Shown here: positions 31,060-40,711 of the stretch, one piece after another
Layout of the letters: each line of letters opens with the position of its first letter
Numbering within the stretch: position 1 is the first letter of the stretch
NCBI GenBank assembly: GCA_963716255.1
Contig: OY970303.1
Span: 3,232,001 to 3,296,000, forward strand
Length of the DNA stretch: 64,000 nt
Reading direction: 5' to 3'
Source: an uncultured Gemmatimonadales bacterium
GTDB lineage: Bacteria > Gemmatimonadota > Gemmatimonadetes > Longimicrobiales > Longimicrobiaceae
Position numbers and translations under genes: made by a program
Notes under the pieces: generated by a model
Seen by the model: the letters and a program-made list of their open reading frames with translations, nothing else
What the model was told of the DNA's origin: nothing
The model's database searches: none

Positions 31060-31089
31060 GCGCCGCGGCCGGACGGTGCATGTGCCCGC

Positions 31090-31125
31090 AGCTCCCCGGA
31101 GAGTCCTCTCTCCGGGGAGCTTTTT
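31090..31125 (+). terminator. Intrinsic terminator
   Basis: AGCTCCCCGGAGAG TCCT CTCTCCGGGGAGCT TTTT. Confidence 0.85.
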
Positions 31126-31146
31126 CGTCGGCATCGCACGTGCCCC

Positions 31147-31177
31147 TTGATCCTGACGCTGCGTCAGGTCTTATCAT
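31147..31177 (+). promoter_or_regulatory. MerR/TipA-type promoter-operator
   Basis: TTGATC-N19-TATCAT with dyad CCTGACGC T GCGTCAGG in the spacer. Confidence 0.85.
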
Positions 31178-31222
31178 GGTCGCGTGGCCACGAGGACCCG
31201 CGGATAACGGAGGAGGGAGCGC

Positions 31223-31975
31223 ATGCGTGAAGACACGTGGAAGGTGGGCGAGCTGGCCCGGAGCACCGGGCTCACCGTCCGCACCCTCCACCACTACGAC
31301 CGGGTGGGGCTGCTGTCGCCGTCGCACCGCACCGCGTCCGGGCACCGGCTGTACGTGGCCGCGGACGTCGCCCGCCTGCAGCAGGTCCGCTCGCTGCGGG
31401 AGCTGGGCTTCTCGCTGGACGAGGTGCGGGCGTTCCTGGAGCGGCCGGACGCCTCGCCCCGGCGGGTGCTGCGCATGCACGTGGAGCGGCTGCGGGAGCA
31501 GATCGCCGTGCAGAGCCGGCTGTGCGAGCGGCTGGAGGCCGTGGCGGCCACCCTGGACCGGGCGGAGGAGGTCTCCGCCCGCGACCTGATCACCACCATC
31601 GAGATGATGACCATGTACGAGAGATACTACACGCCCGGGCAGCTCGAGGAGCTGAAGCGGCGGCGCGAGACCGTGGGCGAGGCGCGCATCCGCGAGGTGG
31701 AGGCCGAGTGGCCGCGCCTGATCGCCGAGGTGCGCGCCGCGATGCAGGCCGGGACGGACCCGGCCGATGCGCGGGTGCAGGAGCTGGCGCGGCGCTGGAT
31801 GGGGCTGGTGCGCGAGTTCACCGGCGGCGACCCGGAGATCGCGCGGGCGGCCAAGCGGCTGAACGAGGAGCAGCACCAGGGGTTGCGCGAGCAGCACGGG
31901 GACGCCATGCCCACGCCGGACGTGATGGAGTACATCGGGCGGGCGATGGCGGCGGCGGGGGTCGGCCATCCGTGA
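31223..31975 (+). CDS. MerR family regulator with TipAS-like C-terminal domain
   Basis: WKVGELA..TGLTVRTLHHYD..GLLSP; DPADARVQELARRW. Confidence 0.92.
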   Translation: MREDTWKVGELARSTGLTVRTLHHYDRVGLLSPSHRTASGHRLYVAADVARLQQVRSLRELGFSLDEVRAFLERPDASPRRVLRMHVERLREQIAVQSRLCERLEAVAATLDRAEEVSARDLITTIEMMTMYERYYTPGQLEELKRRRETVGEARIREVEAEWPRLIAEVRAAMQAGTDPADARVQELARRWMGLVREFTGGDPEIARAAKRLNEEQHQGLREQHGDAMPTPDVMEYIGRAMAAAGVGHP

Positions 31976-31995
31976 AGGCGTTCTGAACGGAAGGA

Positions 31996-32134
31996 TTCGG
32001 GCGTGCCCCCGGCGGGGCGCCGGGGTCGGGCTTCGGCTCCGTAGCAGACGAAACAACCGTCTGCAACGGAGTCTAGACCCGGCGGAAACTGCCCCGCCGG
32101 GTCTCGCCCCTTCGGGCCGAAATCCCTCACGCGG
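31996..32134 (-). repeat. Repeat family A, copy 4
   Basis: Stem A CCCGGCGG/CCGCCGGG; stem B GCAGACG/CGTCTGC. Confidence 0.95.
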
Positions 32135-32193
32135 CTCCGGCGCGGCGGCGGGATGCGGCCGGAAGGACGAAGCGCCGGTGTCTGCGTGCCGCG

Positions 32194-32565
32194 TCAGGCG
32201 GCCCTGCGCGGCCGGCGGAAGCCGCTGCGGACGAACTCGCGCTCCTTTTCGCGGACCACCTGCTCCAGCTTGCCCAGGAAGGTGGGCGCGCCCGCGCGGC
32301 TGGTGCCGAAGAGGCCGTCCGCGTCGTTCTCCGCACCCTCGGAGGCGCCGTACAGGTTGAGCCACAGGTCCACCCGCTCGCTGAACCGCAGCACCGAGTA
32401 GAAGAGCCGGCCGCGCGTGATGGGCATGAAGATCACGTCGATCACCGCCGCGACGATGGAGGCCTGAAACAGGGCGATGCCCTTGAGGGAGTCCAGGACC
32501 AGCTTGATCTGGAAGAGGAGCAGGTCGCGGATCAGGACTCCCCGGGTCATCTCATGGCCGCTCAT
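32194..32565 (-). CDS. Hypothetical membrane-associated protein
   Basis: 123 aa; LIRDLLLFQIKLVLD motif; GGAGAG RBS. Confidence 0.8.
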   Translation of the reverse strand: MSGHEMTRGVLIRDLLLFQIKLVLDSLKGIALFQASIVAAVIDVIFMPITRGRLFYSVLRFSERVDLWLNLYGASEGAENDADGLFGTSRAGAPTFLGKLEQVVREKEREFVRSGFRRPRRAA

Positions 32566-32696
32566 GTCGCTCGCTCTCCCGCAGTCCGGTATGGGTGGTG
32601 CATCCCGGGGCGTCCGCCGCCGGCATGGGGCATCGTACGGGGGCCGCGCGGAGGAAGTTTCAGCGGGCGTCCACGAGCTGCTGCGAGGAGGGGGCG

Positions 32697-33143
32697 ATGG
32701 AATGGGTGCTGCTGCTGAACCTGGCGTCCACGGGCGTGATGATCGGGGTGACCTGGTTCGTGCAGGTGGTTCACTACCCGCTCTTCGGGCGGGTGGGGCG
32801 CGACGGGTGGACCGTTTACGCCGCGGCGCACGGGCGGCGCACCACGTGGGTGGTGGGGCCGCCCATGCTGGTGGAGCTCGCCACGGGCGCCCTGCTCGTG
32901 CTCCGCCCGCCCCCGGGGATCCCCCCGGCCGCGGCGTGGGCGGGGCTCGCGCTCATCGCGGTGGCGTGGGCCTCCACCGCCCTGCTGCAGGTGCCGCGGC
33001 ACCGCGTGCTGGGGGCCGGCTGGGACGCGGCCGCGCACCGCTCGCTGGTGGCCGGCAACTGGCTGCGCACGGCAGCGTGGACGCTGCGCGGGGTGCTACT
33101 CCTGTGGATGCTGGCGCGCCTCCTCCCACCGCCCGCGGGCTGA
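32697..33143 (+). CDS. Hypothetical 4-TM membrane protein
   Basis: WFVQVVHYPLF, QVPRH, NWLRT motifs; GAGGAGG RBS. Confidence 0.82.
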   Translation: MEWVLLLNLASTGVMIGVTWFVQVVHYPLFGRVGRDGWTVYAAAHGRRTTWVVGPPMLVELATGALLVLRPPPGIPPAAAWAGLALIAVAWASTALLQVPRHRVLGAGWDAAAHRSLVAGNWLRTAAWTLRGVLLLWMLARLLPPPAG

Positions 33144-33995
33144 CTACCGCGCGACCCCCGCGGCGACGATCACCCCGGCGGACGGGCTGAAGTCGGCGTA
33201 TCCCCGCACCAGTTCCACCCGCACCCATCGCCGCCCGCCCGCGCGAAGGCCCAGCCGCACCTCGCCCAGGTCCTCGTTTCCGCGGGGGGTGCGATCCGGC
33301 AGGCCGGGCACGTTCCCCACCAGGGAGAGCGTGGGCACGAGCCCCGGCGAGACGGCGTACTCCGCCGCCAGCGCGTAGACCAGCACGTCCCGCTGCTCCC
33401 ACCCCGGGTCGCGCGTGCCGTTGATGCTGATCCCCGCCTCGGCGCCCGCCGCGAGCGCGCCGCGCCGCACCCGCCCGCCCAGCAGCGCGAAGAAGTCCAG
33501 TGCGTCGCGGTCCAGCCCCACCTTGTTGTCCGTGGTGGGGAGCCGCGTCCCGAAGCGCAGCACGGCGAGCGCCGGGGCCGTCTCCGGCGTCAGCCGCACC
33601 ACGGTGCCGATGCGGTAGTCCCCCGAGTCGTGCCGCCGCCCGTCGTCGTCCGCGCGCGCGTCGCCCACCGGCGCCGCGAAGACCCGCTCGTCCCGGAAGA
33701 AGCGCTGCGCCGTCCCCCCCGCCTCGAACGCCACCCGCCCCGTCCGCAGCGCCACCGCGAAGCTCCCCCCCTCCACCAGCCGCCCCTCGGTCCCCGCCAG
33801 CGAGGCGCGCTGGTCCGCGAAGACGCCCCCGCCCACCCCCGCCACCACGGTTCGCCCCCCCTCCCACACCCGCCATTCCGCGGGATCGAGCGGGCGCAGC
33901 TGCGCCCGGGCGCCGGGCGCCGCGAGCACGGCGAGCGCCCCCACCAGGCCGAGGACACGGACGCTCCGCGCGAGCGGCGAGAAAAGAACGGACAT
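33144..33995 (-). CDS. Secreted, probable outer-membrane protein
   Basis: Signal peptide ending ARA-Q; beta-rich; FGTRLPT. Confidence 0.72.
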   Translation of the reverse strand: MSVLFSPLARSVRVLGLVGALAVLAAPGARAQLRPLDPAEWRVWEGGRTVVAGVGGGVFADQRASLAGTEGRLVEGGSFAVALRTGRVAFEAGGTAQRFFRDERVFAAPVGDARADDDGRRHDSGDYRIGTVVRLTPETAPALAVLRFGTRLPTTDNKVGLDRDALDFFALLGGRVRRGALAAGAEAGISINGTRDPGWEQRDVLVYALAAEYAVSPGLVPTLSLVGNVPGLPDRTPRGNEDLGEVRLGLRAGGRRWVRVELVRGYADFSPSAGVIVAAGVAR

Positions 33996-34055
33996 GTGCG
34001 GCGTGGGTGAGGTGAGGTGGAAGCGTGAACAGGCGATGGTCTGCGTCCGCGGGGC

Positions 34056-34110
34056 GCCCCCACCCGGCTCGCTTGAGGCTCGCCACCCTCCCCCAATTCT
34101 GGGGGAGGGC
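34056..34110 (-). repeat. REP-like palindrome, family C2
   Basis: Reverse complement GCCCTCCCCCAGAATTGGGGGAGGGTGGCG...GCCGGGTGGGGGC. Confidence 0.85.
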
Positions 34111-34174
34111 TGTCTGAGCCCCGGCCTCCCGTGCGCAACGCCGGGGGGGGCGGCCAGCGGACGCCAGCGCGAAC

Positions 34175-34310
34175 CCCGCGTGAGGGATTCCGGCCCGAAG
34201 GGGCGAGACCCGCGGGCTGTTTCGCGGGGCTCGACTCCGTTGGGCTGCGTTGTTTGCAGCCCTACGGAGCCGAAGCCCGACCCCGGCGCCAGCCGGGGGC
34301 ACGCCCGAGC
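34175..34310 (+). repeat. Repeat family A, copy 5
   Basis: Stem A CCCGCG/CGCGGG; stem B GGGCTGC/GCAGCCC. Confidence 0.97.
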
Positions 34311-34323
34311 CCGCCGTCGCCGT

Positions 34324-35316
34324 TCAAGGCCGTTGCCGTTCCGTCAACGGAAGCACCCACGAAGCACGCACCAGCGTCTCGTCCGGGTACCCGAGCGCCC
34401 GCTTCAGCGCCACGTCCCGCTGGAACGGATTCCGCTCCGCCTGGAGCGACCGCACCCGCCCCAGCCCCAGCTCCCGCACGTAGTACGCGGCCAGCGACGG
34501 GACCGGGTAGTCGCTCCCGTACAGCGTGCGCTCCGTGAACTCCGCGTCCCGGGCCAGGCGGGGAAGATGCGCGAACCGGCTGGGGTTGGAGATGCCGGAA
34601 TTGTCCACCCACAGCCGCGGGAACTCGCGCAGCAGCCCGCGCAGCAGGGGGAGCTGGTCCGGGTCGCGCGACAGGTGCACCGGCACCCCGTTGTGCGCGA
34701 CGATCACCGGCACCCCCATCTCCAGCGGCAGCCGCAGCCGCCGCAGGTCCGTGTACTCCGGCGCCACCTCCGCGAAGGTGCGCTCGCTCCCGCCGGAGTG
34801 GCAGAGCAGCGGCAGCCCCGCGTCCGCCATGCGCCGGTAGAACGGCGCGTGGCGCGGGTCCGCCGGGTCGATCCCCATGGCCGAGGGGAGCCACTTGAGG
34901 AGCACGGCCCCGCCCTCGATGCACTCCTCCAGGCGCTCCAGCGCGTCGCGCCGGCCGGGGTTCACCGAGGGGCCGGGGAGCAGCTCCGGGTGGCGCCGCG
35001 CCGCCTCCAGCGCCCACGACGGAGGCACCACCATCTGCGAGCGTTCCCGGTCCAGCTCGCCGTCCGCGCCGTACACTCCGTCGAACCCAAGCGCCACCGC
35101 GCGGTCCAGCTCGCTCCCGCGCACCCGCTCGGCGATGGACGCCGCCCACTCCTGGTCCACCGACTCGCGCATCTGCGCGTCGGTGATCCCGTACCAGCGG
35201 CGCAGGACGCGGAAGGTGTAGCGCGCGGCGAAGCGCGGGGAAAGCCAGCAGCCGGAGCCGCCCGTCCCCACCCCGGCCAGGTGCACGTGCACGTCGATCT
35301 TCAGCGGGGTGCTCAC
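34324..35316 (-). CDS. Amidohydrolase family protein (Amidohydro_2)
   Basis: IDVHVH, LKWLP, LLCHSG, IVAH, YGSDYP. Confidence 0.88.
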   Translation of the reverse strand: MSTPLKIDVHVHLAGVGTGGSGCWLSPRFAARYTFRVLRRWYGITDAQMRESVDQEWAASIAERVRGSELDRAVALGFDGVYGADGELDRERSQMVVPPSWALEAARRHPELLPGPSVNPGRRDALERLEECIEGGAVLLKWLPSAMGIDPADPRHAPFYRRMADAGLPLLCHSGGSERTFAEVAPEYTDLRRLRLPLEMGVPVIVAHNGVPVHLSRDPDQLPLLRGLLREFPRLWVDNSGISNPSRFAHLPRLARDAEFTERTLYGSDYPVPSLAAYYVRELGLGRVRSLQAERNPFQRDVALKRALGYPDETLVRASWVLPLTERQRP

Positions 35317-36203
35317 GCCGCCGGCACCCCCGCGCGGGCGGCGAGCCACGCCGCCGCCCGCTCCGTCGCCACCGCGGACGACGCGGTGGCAAAGTGCGTC
35401 GCCCCCGGCACCCGAACCAGCTCCGCGCGGGGGAGCAGCCGCGCCAGCTCGGCGCCGTGCGCCGCCGGGGCGATGCCGTCGCGCTCGCCGTACACCAGCA
35501 GCACGGGCACGCCCACCCGCCCCGCGCCGTGACGCAGGTCAGTTGCGCGCAGCAGGGCGTCGAAGACCGCCACGTAGTCGAAGTTGCCGGTGCGCGCGTC
35601 GCCGCGGAACGGGTAGGCGCCGCGCTTCACCGGCCCGAACGCAGGCACGGTCCCGCCCAGCCCGTAGAAGGCGCGCTGCCGCAGCGTCGCCGGGCGGAAG
35701 AAGCTGCCCAGCTCCGCCAGCGCCGTGCGCGCGGTGACGCGCACCTCCATCGGCGTCGCCACCACCACCGCGGACTCCGCCGCCACCTCGCCGCGCGCCA
35801 GGGCGTCCAGCACCAGCGCCCCGCCCAGGCTGTGCCCCAGCAGGTGCAGGGGGAGCGGCGGCCGCTCCCGCTCCGCCTCCCGCGCGGCCGCGGCCACGGC
35901 GCCGCGGATCCCCTCCGCCGAGAAGCGCGTGGTGCTTTCCCAGCCGTTGCCGTCCAGGTCGAAGGCGAACACCTCGAAGCCCCGCTCCAGCAGCGCCGCG
36001 TACAGCGCCACCAGCGGGAAGAGCGCGTCGTCGCAGGCGCCGTGCGCCGCCACCACCCGCCCCCGGGGCCCGCCCCGCGGCGACAGGCGGAACCCCGCGG
36101 TCTCGCCGCCCGCCTCCGGCCTGGGGTAGCGCACGCGCTCCCAGCCGTGGCCGGAGGCGCGCAGCCAGCGCTCCGCCCCCCGGTGGTGCGCCGGCGGCCT
36201 CAT
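35313..36203 (-). CDS. Alpha/beta fold hydrolase
   Basis: FAFDLDGNG, GHSLGG, YGERD, GATH. Confidence 0.88.
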   Translation of the reverse strand: MRPPAHHRGAERWLRASGHGWERVRYPRPEAGGETAGFRLSPRGGPRGRVVAAHGACDDALFPLVALYAALLERGFEVFAFDLDGNGWESTTRFSAEGIRGAVAAAAREAERERPPLPLHLLGHSLGGALVLDALARGEVAAESAVVVATPMEVRVTARTALAELGSFFRPATLRQRAFYGLGGTVPAFGPVKRGAYPFRGDARTGNFDYVAVFDALLRATDLRHGAGRVGVPVLLVYGERDGIAPAAHGAELARLLPRAELVRVPGATHFATASSAVATERAAAWLAARAGVPAA

Positions 36204-37633
36204 CCCCGCGCCGGCGGGACCGCGGCCCGGGCCTGCTCCGAGTCGCCCTCCATCCACCCGCCGCCCCCCGGCGCCGGCGAGGCCACCGCCCGGTCCGCCT
36301 CCGTCTCGCTCCCGCCCTCCGGCGGCGTTTCCAGCCCCAGGCGGCGCAGCACGTTGTCGGGGCGCACCTCGCCGGTGATCAGGCGGGCGCCGCGCTGCCA
36401 GGTCAGGTAGCTCCACGCCCACTCCATGAACACCGCCACCCGGTTGCGGAAGCCGATTAAAAAGAGCACGTGCACGAACAGCCACGCCAGCCAGGCCACG
36501 AAGCCGGTGAGCCGCACCCGGCCGATCTGCGCGATCGCCTTGGCGCGGCCGATGGTGGCCATGCTCCCCTTGTCGCGGTAGTGGAACGCCTCCCGGGGCT
36601 CGCGGCGCAGCGTGCGCCCGATGTTGCGGGCCGCCGCCCGGCCGCCCTGCAGCGCCACCTGCGCCACCCCCGGGAGCGGCTGCCCCGTCTGGTGGGTGAT
36701 GGACGCCAGGTCGCCGATCACGAACACCTCCGGGTGCCCGGGGATGGACAGGTCCGGCAGCACCTGCACCCGTCCCATCCGGTCCGTGGGCACGCCCAGC
36801 CCCTTCCCCAGCGGCGACGCCGCCACCCCCGCCGCCCACACCACCGGGTAGGTGGGGATGCGCTCCTCGCCCACGTACACCGCCCCCAGCTCGATGCGCG
36901 TGACGATGGAATTCAGCCGCACCTCCACCCCCAGCGCCTCCAGCTGCTCCAGCGCGCTCCGCGACAGGTCCTCGTCGTACCCCGCCAGCAGGCGCGCGCC
37001 GCCCTCGATGAGGATGATGCGGGCCGCCCGCGGGTCGAAGTGGCGGAACTCGCGGCTCAGCGTGTGGTGGGCGATCTCCGCGAAGGCCCCGGCCATCTCC
37101 ACCCCCGTGGGCCCCCCGCCGATCACCACGAAGGTGAGCAGCGCCCGCCGCAGCTCCGGGTCCGTCACCTGCTCCGCGTGCTCGAAGGCCAGCAGGAAGC
37201 GCCGCCGGATCTCCGTGGCGTCGTCGATGGTCTTCATCCCCGGCGCGATCGCCGCCCACCCCTCGTGCCCGAAGTACTGGTCCACCGCGCCGGCCGCCAG
37301 GACCAGGAAGTCGTAGCGAAGCGTGCGGCCGTCGGCCAGCGTCAGCACGCGGCGCTCCGTGTCCACGCCCGTCACCTCCGCCAGCATCACCTCCGTGTTG
37401 GGCTGCCGGCGCACCACCTGGCGGATGGGGCGGGCGATGTCCGCCGGGGACAGGGTGGCGGTGGCCACCTGGTACAGCAGCGGCTGGAAGAGGTGGTAGT
37501 TGTGCCGGTCCACGATCGTCACCCGCACGGGGGCGTGCTTCAGGGCCCGCGCCGCGTACAGCCCGCCGAATCCGCCGCCCACGATCACCACGCGGGGGAG
37601 GTAGGGTTCCTGGTAGCCGCTGCCGCTGCTCAT
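36200..37633 (-). CDS. ndh: Type II NADH dehydrogenase
   Basis: GGGFGG, HLFQPLLYQVAT, GGGPTGVEMAG, VWAAGV, DKGSMATIGR. Confidence 0.93.
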   Translation of the reverse strand: MSSGSGYQEPYLPRVVIVGGGFGGLYAARALKHAPVRVTIVDRHNYHLFQPLLYQVATATLSPADIARPIRQVVRRQPNTEVMLAEVTGVDTERRVLTLADGRTLRYDFLVLAAGAVDQYFGHEGWAAIAPGMKTIDDATEIRRRFLLAFEHAEQVTDPELRRALLTFVVIGGGPTGVEMAGAFAEIAHHTLSREFRHFDPRAARIILIEGGARLLAGYDEDLSRSALEQLEALGVEVRLNSIVTRIELGAVYVGEERIPTYPVVWAAGVAASPLGKGLGVPTDRMGRVQVLPDLSIPGHPEVFVIGDLASITHQTGQPLPGVAQVALQGGRAAARNIGRTLRREPREAFHYRDKGSMATIGRAKAIAQIGRVRLTGFVAWLAWLFVHVLFLIGFRNRVAVFMEWAWSYLTWQRGARLITGEVRPDNVLRRLGLETPPEGGSETEADRAVASPAPGGGGWMEGDSEQARAAVPPARG

Positions 37634-37747
37634 GGGGGACCGTGCCGTCGTGCGGGTTGATGCTCCTTCTATCCCGTCTCCCGGGGAATCTACGCGGAGC
37701 GGCGGGTGGTGCAAACGCGGCGTCTTGTCGCGGCCGGGTTCGTGGTG

Positions 37748-37904
37748 GGGGGCCGCTCCGGAGCCGGACGATACGGCCGTCCGTCTCCTGCGCGGGCGCA
37801 GGGAACCCCGGGAAACTGCCCCCGGGTTTCCCTGCGCCGGAGTGAGCCTCGCCAAACCGCCGGCGAGTCTCCCTCCGAACGGACGCATGTGGGTACTGCG
37901 GAAC
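37748..37904 (+). repeat. Repeat family B, copy 2 (three modules)
   Basis: Stems CGGACG/CGTCCG, CCCGGG/CCCGGG, CTCGCC/GGCGAG; loops ATACGGC, AAACTGCC, AAACCGCC. Confidence 0.92.
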
Positions 37905-38020
37905 GGCACGACGAACCACGGGTCCACGATGTAGCTGGCTTTCGCTTTCGACGTCGCTATTTTCGGGGAGCACGCCACCCGCCCGGCTTCGCCGGGCCCC
38001 CTCACGGGAGAAGGCGCCCC

Positions 38021-39319
38021 ATGCACACCCGCCGCGACTTCCTCCGCAGCGTCGGCCGGCCGTCCGCCCTGGCGCTGGCCGCCACCCTGCACCCCGGCGC
38101 CCTCCGCGACGTGGCCGCCGCGGTCGCCCGCCACGCCGGCACCGCCGCAGAGACCGCCTCCGACGAGGACTTCTGGGCCATGGTGCAGCAGGCGTTCACG
38201 GTGGACCGGTCCATCCTGAACCTGAACAACGGCGGGGTGAGCCCCTCGCCCGCCATGGTCCAGGACGCCATGAAGCGCCACCTGGACTACTCCAACCAGG
38301 CGCCCGTGCAGACCATGTGGCGCGTGCTGGAGCCGCAGCGCGAAACGGTGCGCGCCGGCCTGGCCCGCATGTTCGCCTGCGACCCGGAGGAGGTGGCCGT
38401 CACCCGCAACGCCTCCGAGAGCCTCCAGATCTGCCAGGCCGGCTTCGACCTGCGCCGCGGCGACGAGGTCGTCACCAGCACGCAGGACTACCCGCGCATG
38501 GTCACCACCTGGCAGCAGCGGGAGCGCCGCGAGGGGATCCGCCTCCGCCAGGTGGCCCTCCCCGTCCCCGCCGAGGACCCCGCCGAGGTGGTGCGGCGCT
38601 TCGAGGCGGCCATCACGCCGCGCACCCGCCTGGTCCACCTCTGCCACATGGTCAATCTCACCGGCCAGGTGCTCCCCGTGCGCGAGGTGGTGCGCATGGC
38701 GCGGCGCCGGGGGATCCCGGCCATCGTGGACGGAGCGCACGCCTTCGGGCACTTCCCCTTCACCCGCGACGAGCTGGAGTGCGACTACTACGCCTCCTCG
38801 CTCCACAAGTGGCTCTTCGCGCCGCACGGGACGGGACTGCTCTACGTGCGCCGCGACCGGATCCCGGGGCTCTGGCCGCTGCAGGCCGCGCCCCCGGCCA
38901 TGGACGGCAACGTCCGCAAGTTCGAGGAGATCGGCACCCACCCGGCCGCCAACTTCCTGGCCGTGGCGGAGGCGGTGGCCTTCACCCGGGCCATCGGGCT
39001 GGAGCGCAAGGCGGCGCGCCTGGTGTACCTGCGCGACCGCTGGGCACGTGCGCTCCTGCGGCACGACCGCGTGCGGCTGCACACCAGCCTGAAGCCGGGG
39101 CTGGCGTACGGGCTGGCCACCTTCAGCGTCGAGGGGATGGACACCGGGGCGCTGGCCATGCACCTGTGGAACGCGCACCGGATCGTCACCAGCCCCATCT
39201 CTCACCCCGAGGTGCAGGGGCTGCGCGTCACGCCTGGCGTCTACACCACCCCGGACGAGGTGGACCGGTTCGTGGAGGCGGTGGAGCGGGTGATCCGCAA
39301 TGGGCTTCCGGCGGGCTGA
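38021..39319 (+). CDS. Class V PLP-dependent aminotransferase (isopenicillin N epimerase-like) with Tat signal
   Basis: MHTRRDFL, LNNGGVSP, VDGAH, SLHKWL. Confidence 0.9.
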   Translation: MHTRRDFLRSVGRPSALALAATLHPGALRDVAAAVARHAGTAAETASDEDFWAMVQQAFTVDRSILNLNNGGVSPSPAMVQDAMKRHLDYSNQAPVQTMWRVLEPQRETVRAGLARMFACDPEEVAVTRNASESLQICQAGFDLRRGDEVVTSTQDYPRMVTTWQQRERREGIRLRQVALPVPAEDPAEVVRRFEAAITPRTRLVHLCHMVNLTGQVLPVREVVRMARRRGIPAIVDGAHAFGHFPFTRDELECDYYASSLHKWLFAPHGTGLLYVRRDRIPGLWPLQAAPPAMDGNVRKFEEIGTHPAANFLAVAEAVAFTRAIGLERKAARLVYLRDRWARALLRHDRVRLHTSLKPGLAYGLATFSVEGMDTGALAMHLWNAHRIVTSPISHPEVQGLRVTPGVYTTPDEVDRFVEAVERVIRNGLPAG

Positions 39320-39332
39320 GACGTTGGGGCGA

Positions 39333-39489
39333 GGGGGCCGCTCCGGAGCCGGACGATACAGCCGTCCGTCTCCTGCGCGGGCTACGGGAACCCCGCCAAA
39401 CAGCCGGCGGGTTTCCCTCCGCCGGAGGGAGCCTCGCCAAACAGCCGGCGAGTCTCCCTCCGAACAGCGTCATGTGGGTACTGCGGAAC
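39333..39489 (+). repeat. Repeat family B, copy 3 (three modules)
   Basis: Stems CGGACG, CCCGCC, CTCGCC; loops ATACAGC, AAACAGCC, AAACAGCC. Confidence 0.92.
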
Positions 39490-39502
39490 TGCAACGTCAA
39501 AA

Positions 39503-39662
39503 GCCCCTCTCCCGCGTGTGGAGGAGTGGGTTGGGGGGGGGCCGCTCGGGCTCGCACCGATCTCCCTGAAACAGAAAGCCCTCCCCCAGAATGGCGCTTC
39601 ACGCTTCGCGTGAACCGTATGAAGGGGGAGGGTGGCGGCTCTCAGGCCGCCGGGTGGGGGCC
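39503..39662. repeat. REP-like palindromes C1 (39503-39543) and C2 (39577-39662, extra hairpin inserted in the loop)
   Basis: C2 arms match 26793-26850 but the loop is expanded and contains TTCACGC TTC GCGTGAA. Confidence 0.75.
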
Positions 39663-39668
39663 GTTCCG

Positions 39669-40484
39669 CTACGAGTCGCCCGTGGCGCCGGCGGGGACGG
39701 AGGCCGGCAGGGGCAGGCGCGGCAGGCCGGCCACGGGAAAGCTCGCGCGGCCGCCGCGGCGCAGGTCGGCCTCGGCGCGGGCCAGGGCCTCGCCGTCCAG
39801 CGCGAACGGGTCCAGGCCGCCGGCGAGCAGCGCCGTGCGCACCTCGCCGCGCAGGTCCGCGCGGCGGGCGTACACGTCCGGGTGAATCGTCAGGTGTCCC
39901 TCGTGCACCTCGGCCCGCGCGTAGGTGATCTGCACCGCCACCCCGCGCGGGAGCGCCACCCACCGCGTGCGCCCGGGCTCCCCGGCGATCGCGTCCAGCC
40001 GCTCCGGCGTCACCCCCGGGCTGGCGTACGCGTGCAGCGCGCGGGCAAGCTCCATCACGTCGCGGTTGCTCATGCGGATGCAGCCGTGCGAGGCCGGCGT
40101 CCCCAGCAGCCGCTCGTTCTCCGCCACGGTGCCGTGGATGTAGTACAGGTCGCCCAGCGGCAGCTTGACGCGGCCCATGGGGTTGCGCGGCCCCGGCGCC
40201 GTGTGCTTCTTCTCGCGGGCCCACTCGCTGGGCGGCGGAGTCCAGTCCGGGTTCCAGATCGCGTGGCGGATCTCGTAGCTGCCGGCCGGGGTGCGGTGCG
40301 CCGGCGTCCCCACCGACACCGGGTAGCTGCGGACGCGGTCCGCGCCCCGGTACAGGTCCAGGCGGCCGGCGGGGATGTTGACGACCACGCGCACGGCGGA
40401 ATCCGCCACGGACTGCGCGGAAACGGGGATGGCGCCGAGCGCCAGGAGAAACAGGGTCGCGAGACTGCGGACCGGCGACGACAT
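39669..40484 (-). CDS. L,D-transpeptidase (YkuD family)
   Basis: Signal peptide, VVVNIPA, YPVSVG, NPMG, IHGT, SHGCIRM. Confidence 0.92.
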   Translation of the reverse strand: MSSPVRSLATLFLLALGAIPVSAQSVADSAVRVVVNIPAGRLDLYRGADRVRSYPVSVGTPAHRTPAGSYEIRHAIWNPDWTPPPSEWAREKKHTAPGPRNPMGRVKLPLGDLYYIHGTVAENERLLGTPASHGCIRMSNRDVMELARALHAYASPGVTPERLDAIAGEPGRTRWVALPRGVAVQITYARAEVHEGHLTIHPDVYARRADLRGEVRTALLAGGLDPFALDGEALARAEADLRRGGRASFPVAGLPRLPLPASVPAGATGDS

Positions 40485-40711
40485 CGTTGCCTCCAGGAGG
40501 GTGAGCGTGGGACGGATGCGTACCCGCGCCCCCTTACGGAAACACTCCCCCTTTCGTTTCGGCCCCCCTTCCCGTGCCGCCACGCCTTTCCCGCCCCGTC
40601 CCGCGCCGCTCGCCGGTATTCGCCCGAAAAGCAGAAGCGCCCGCCCCACCTGCGTGGGACGGGCGCTCCTCCATCACGACGCGAGCACTTTCGCGCTCGC
40701 GCATTCGCCGT

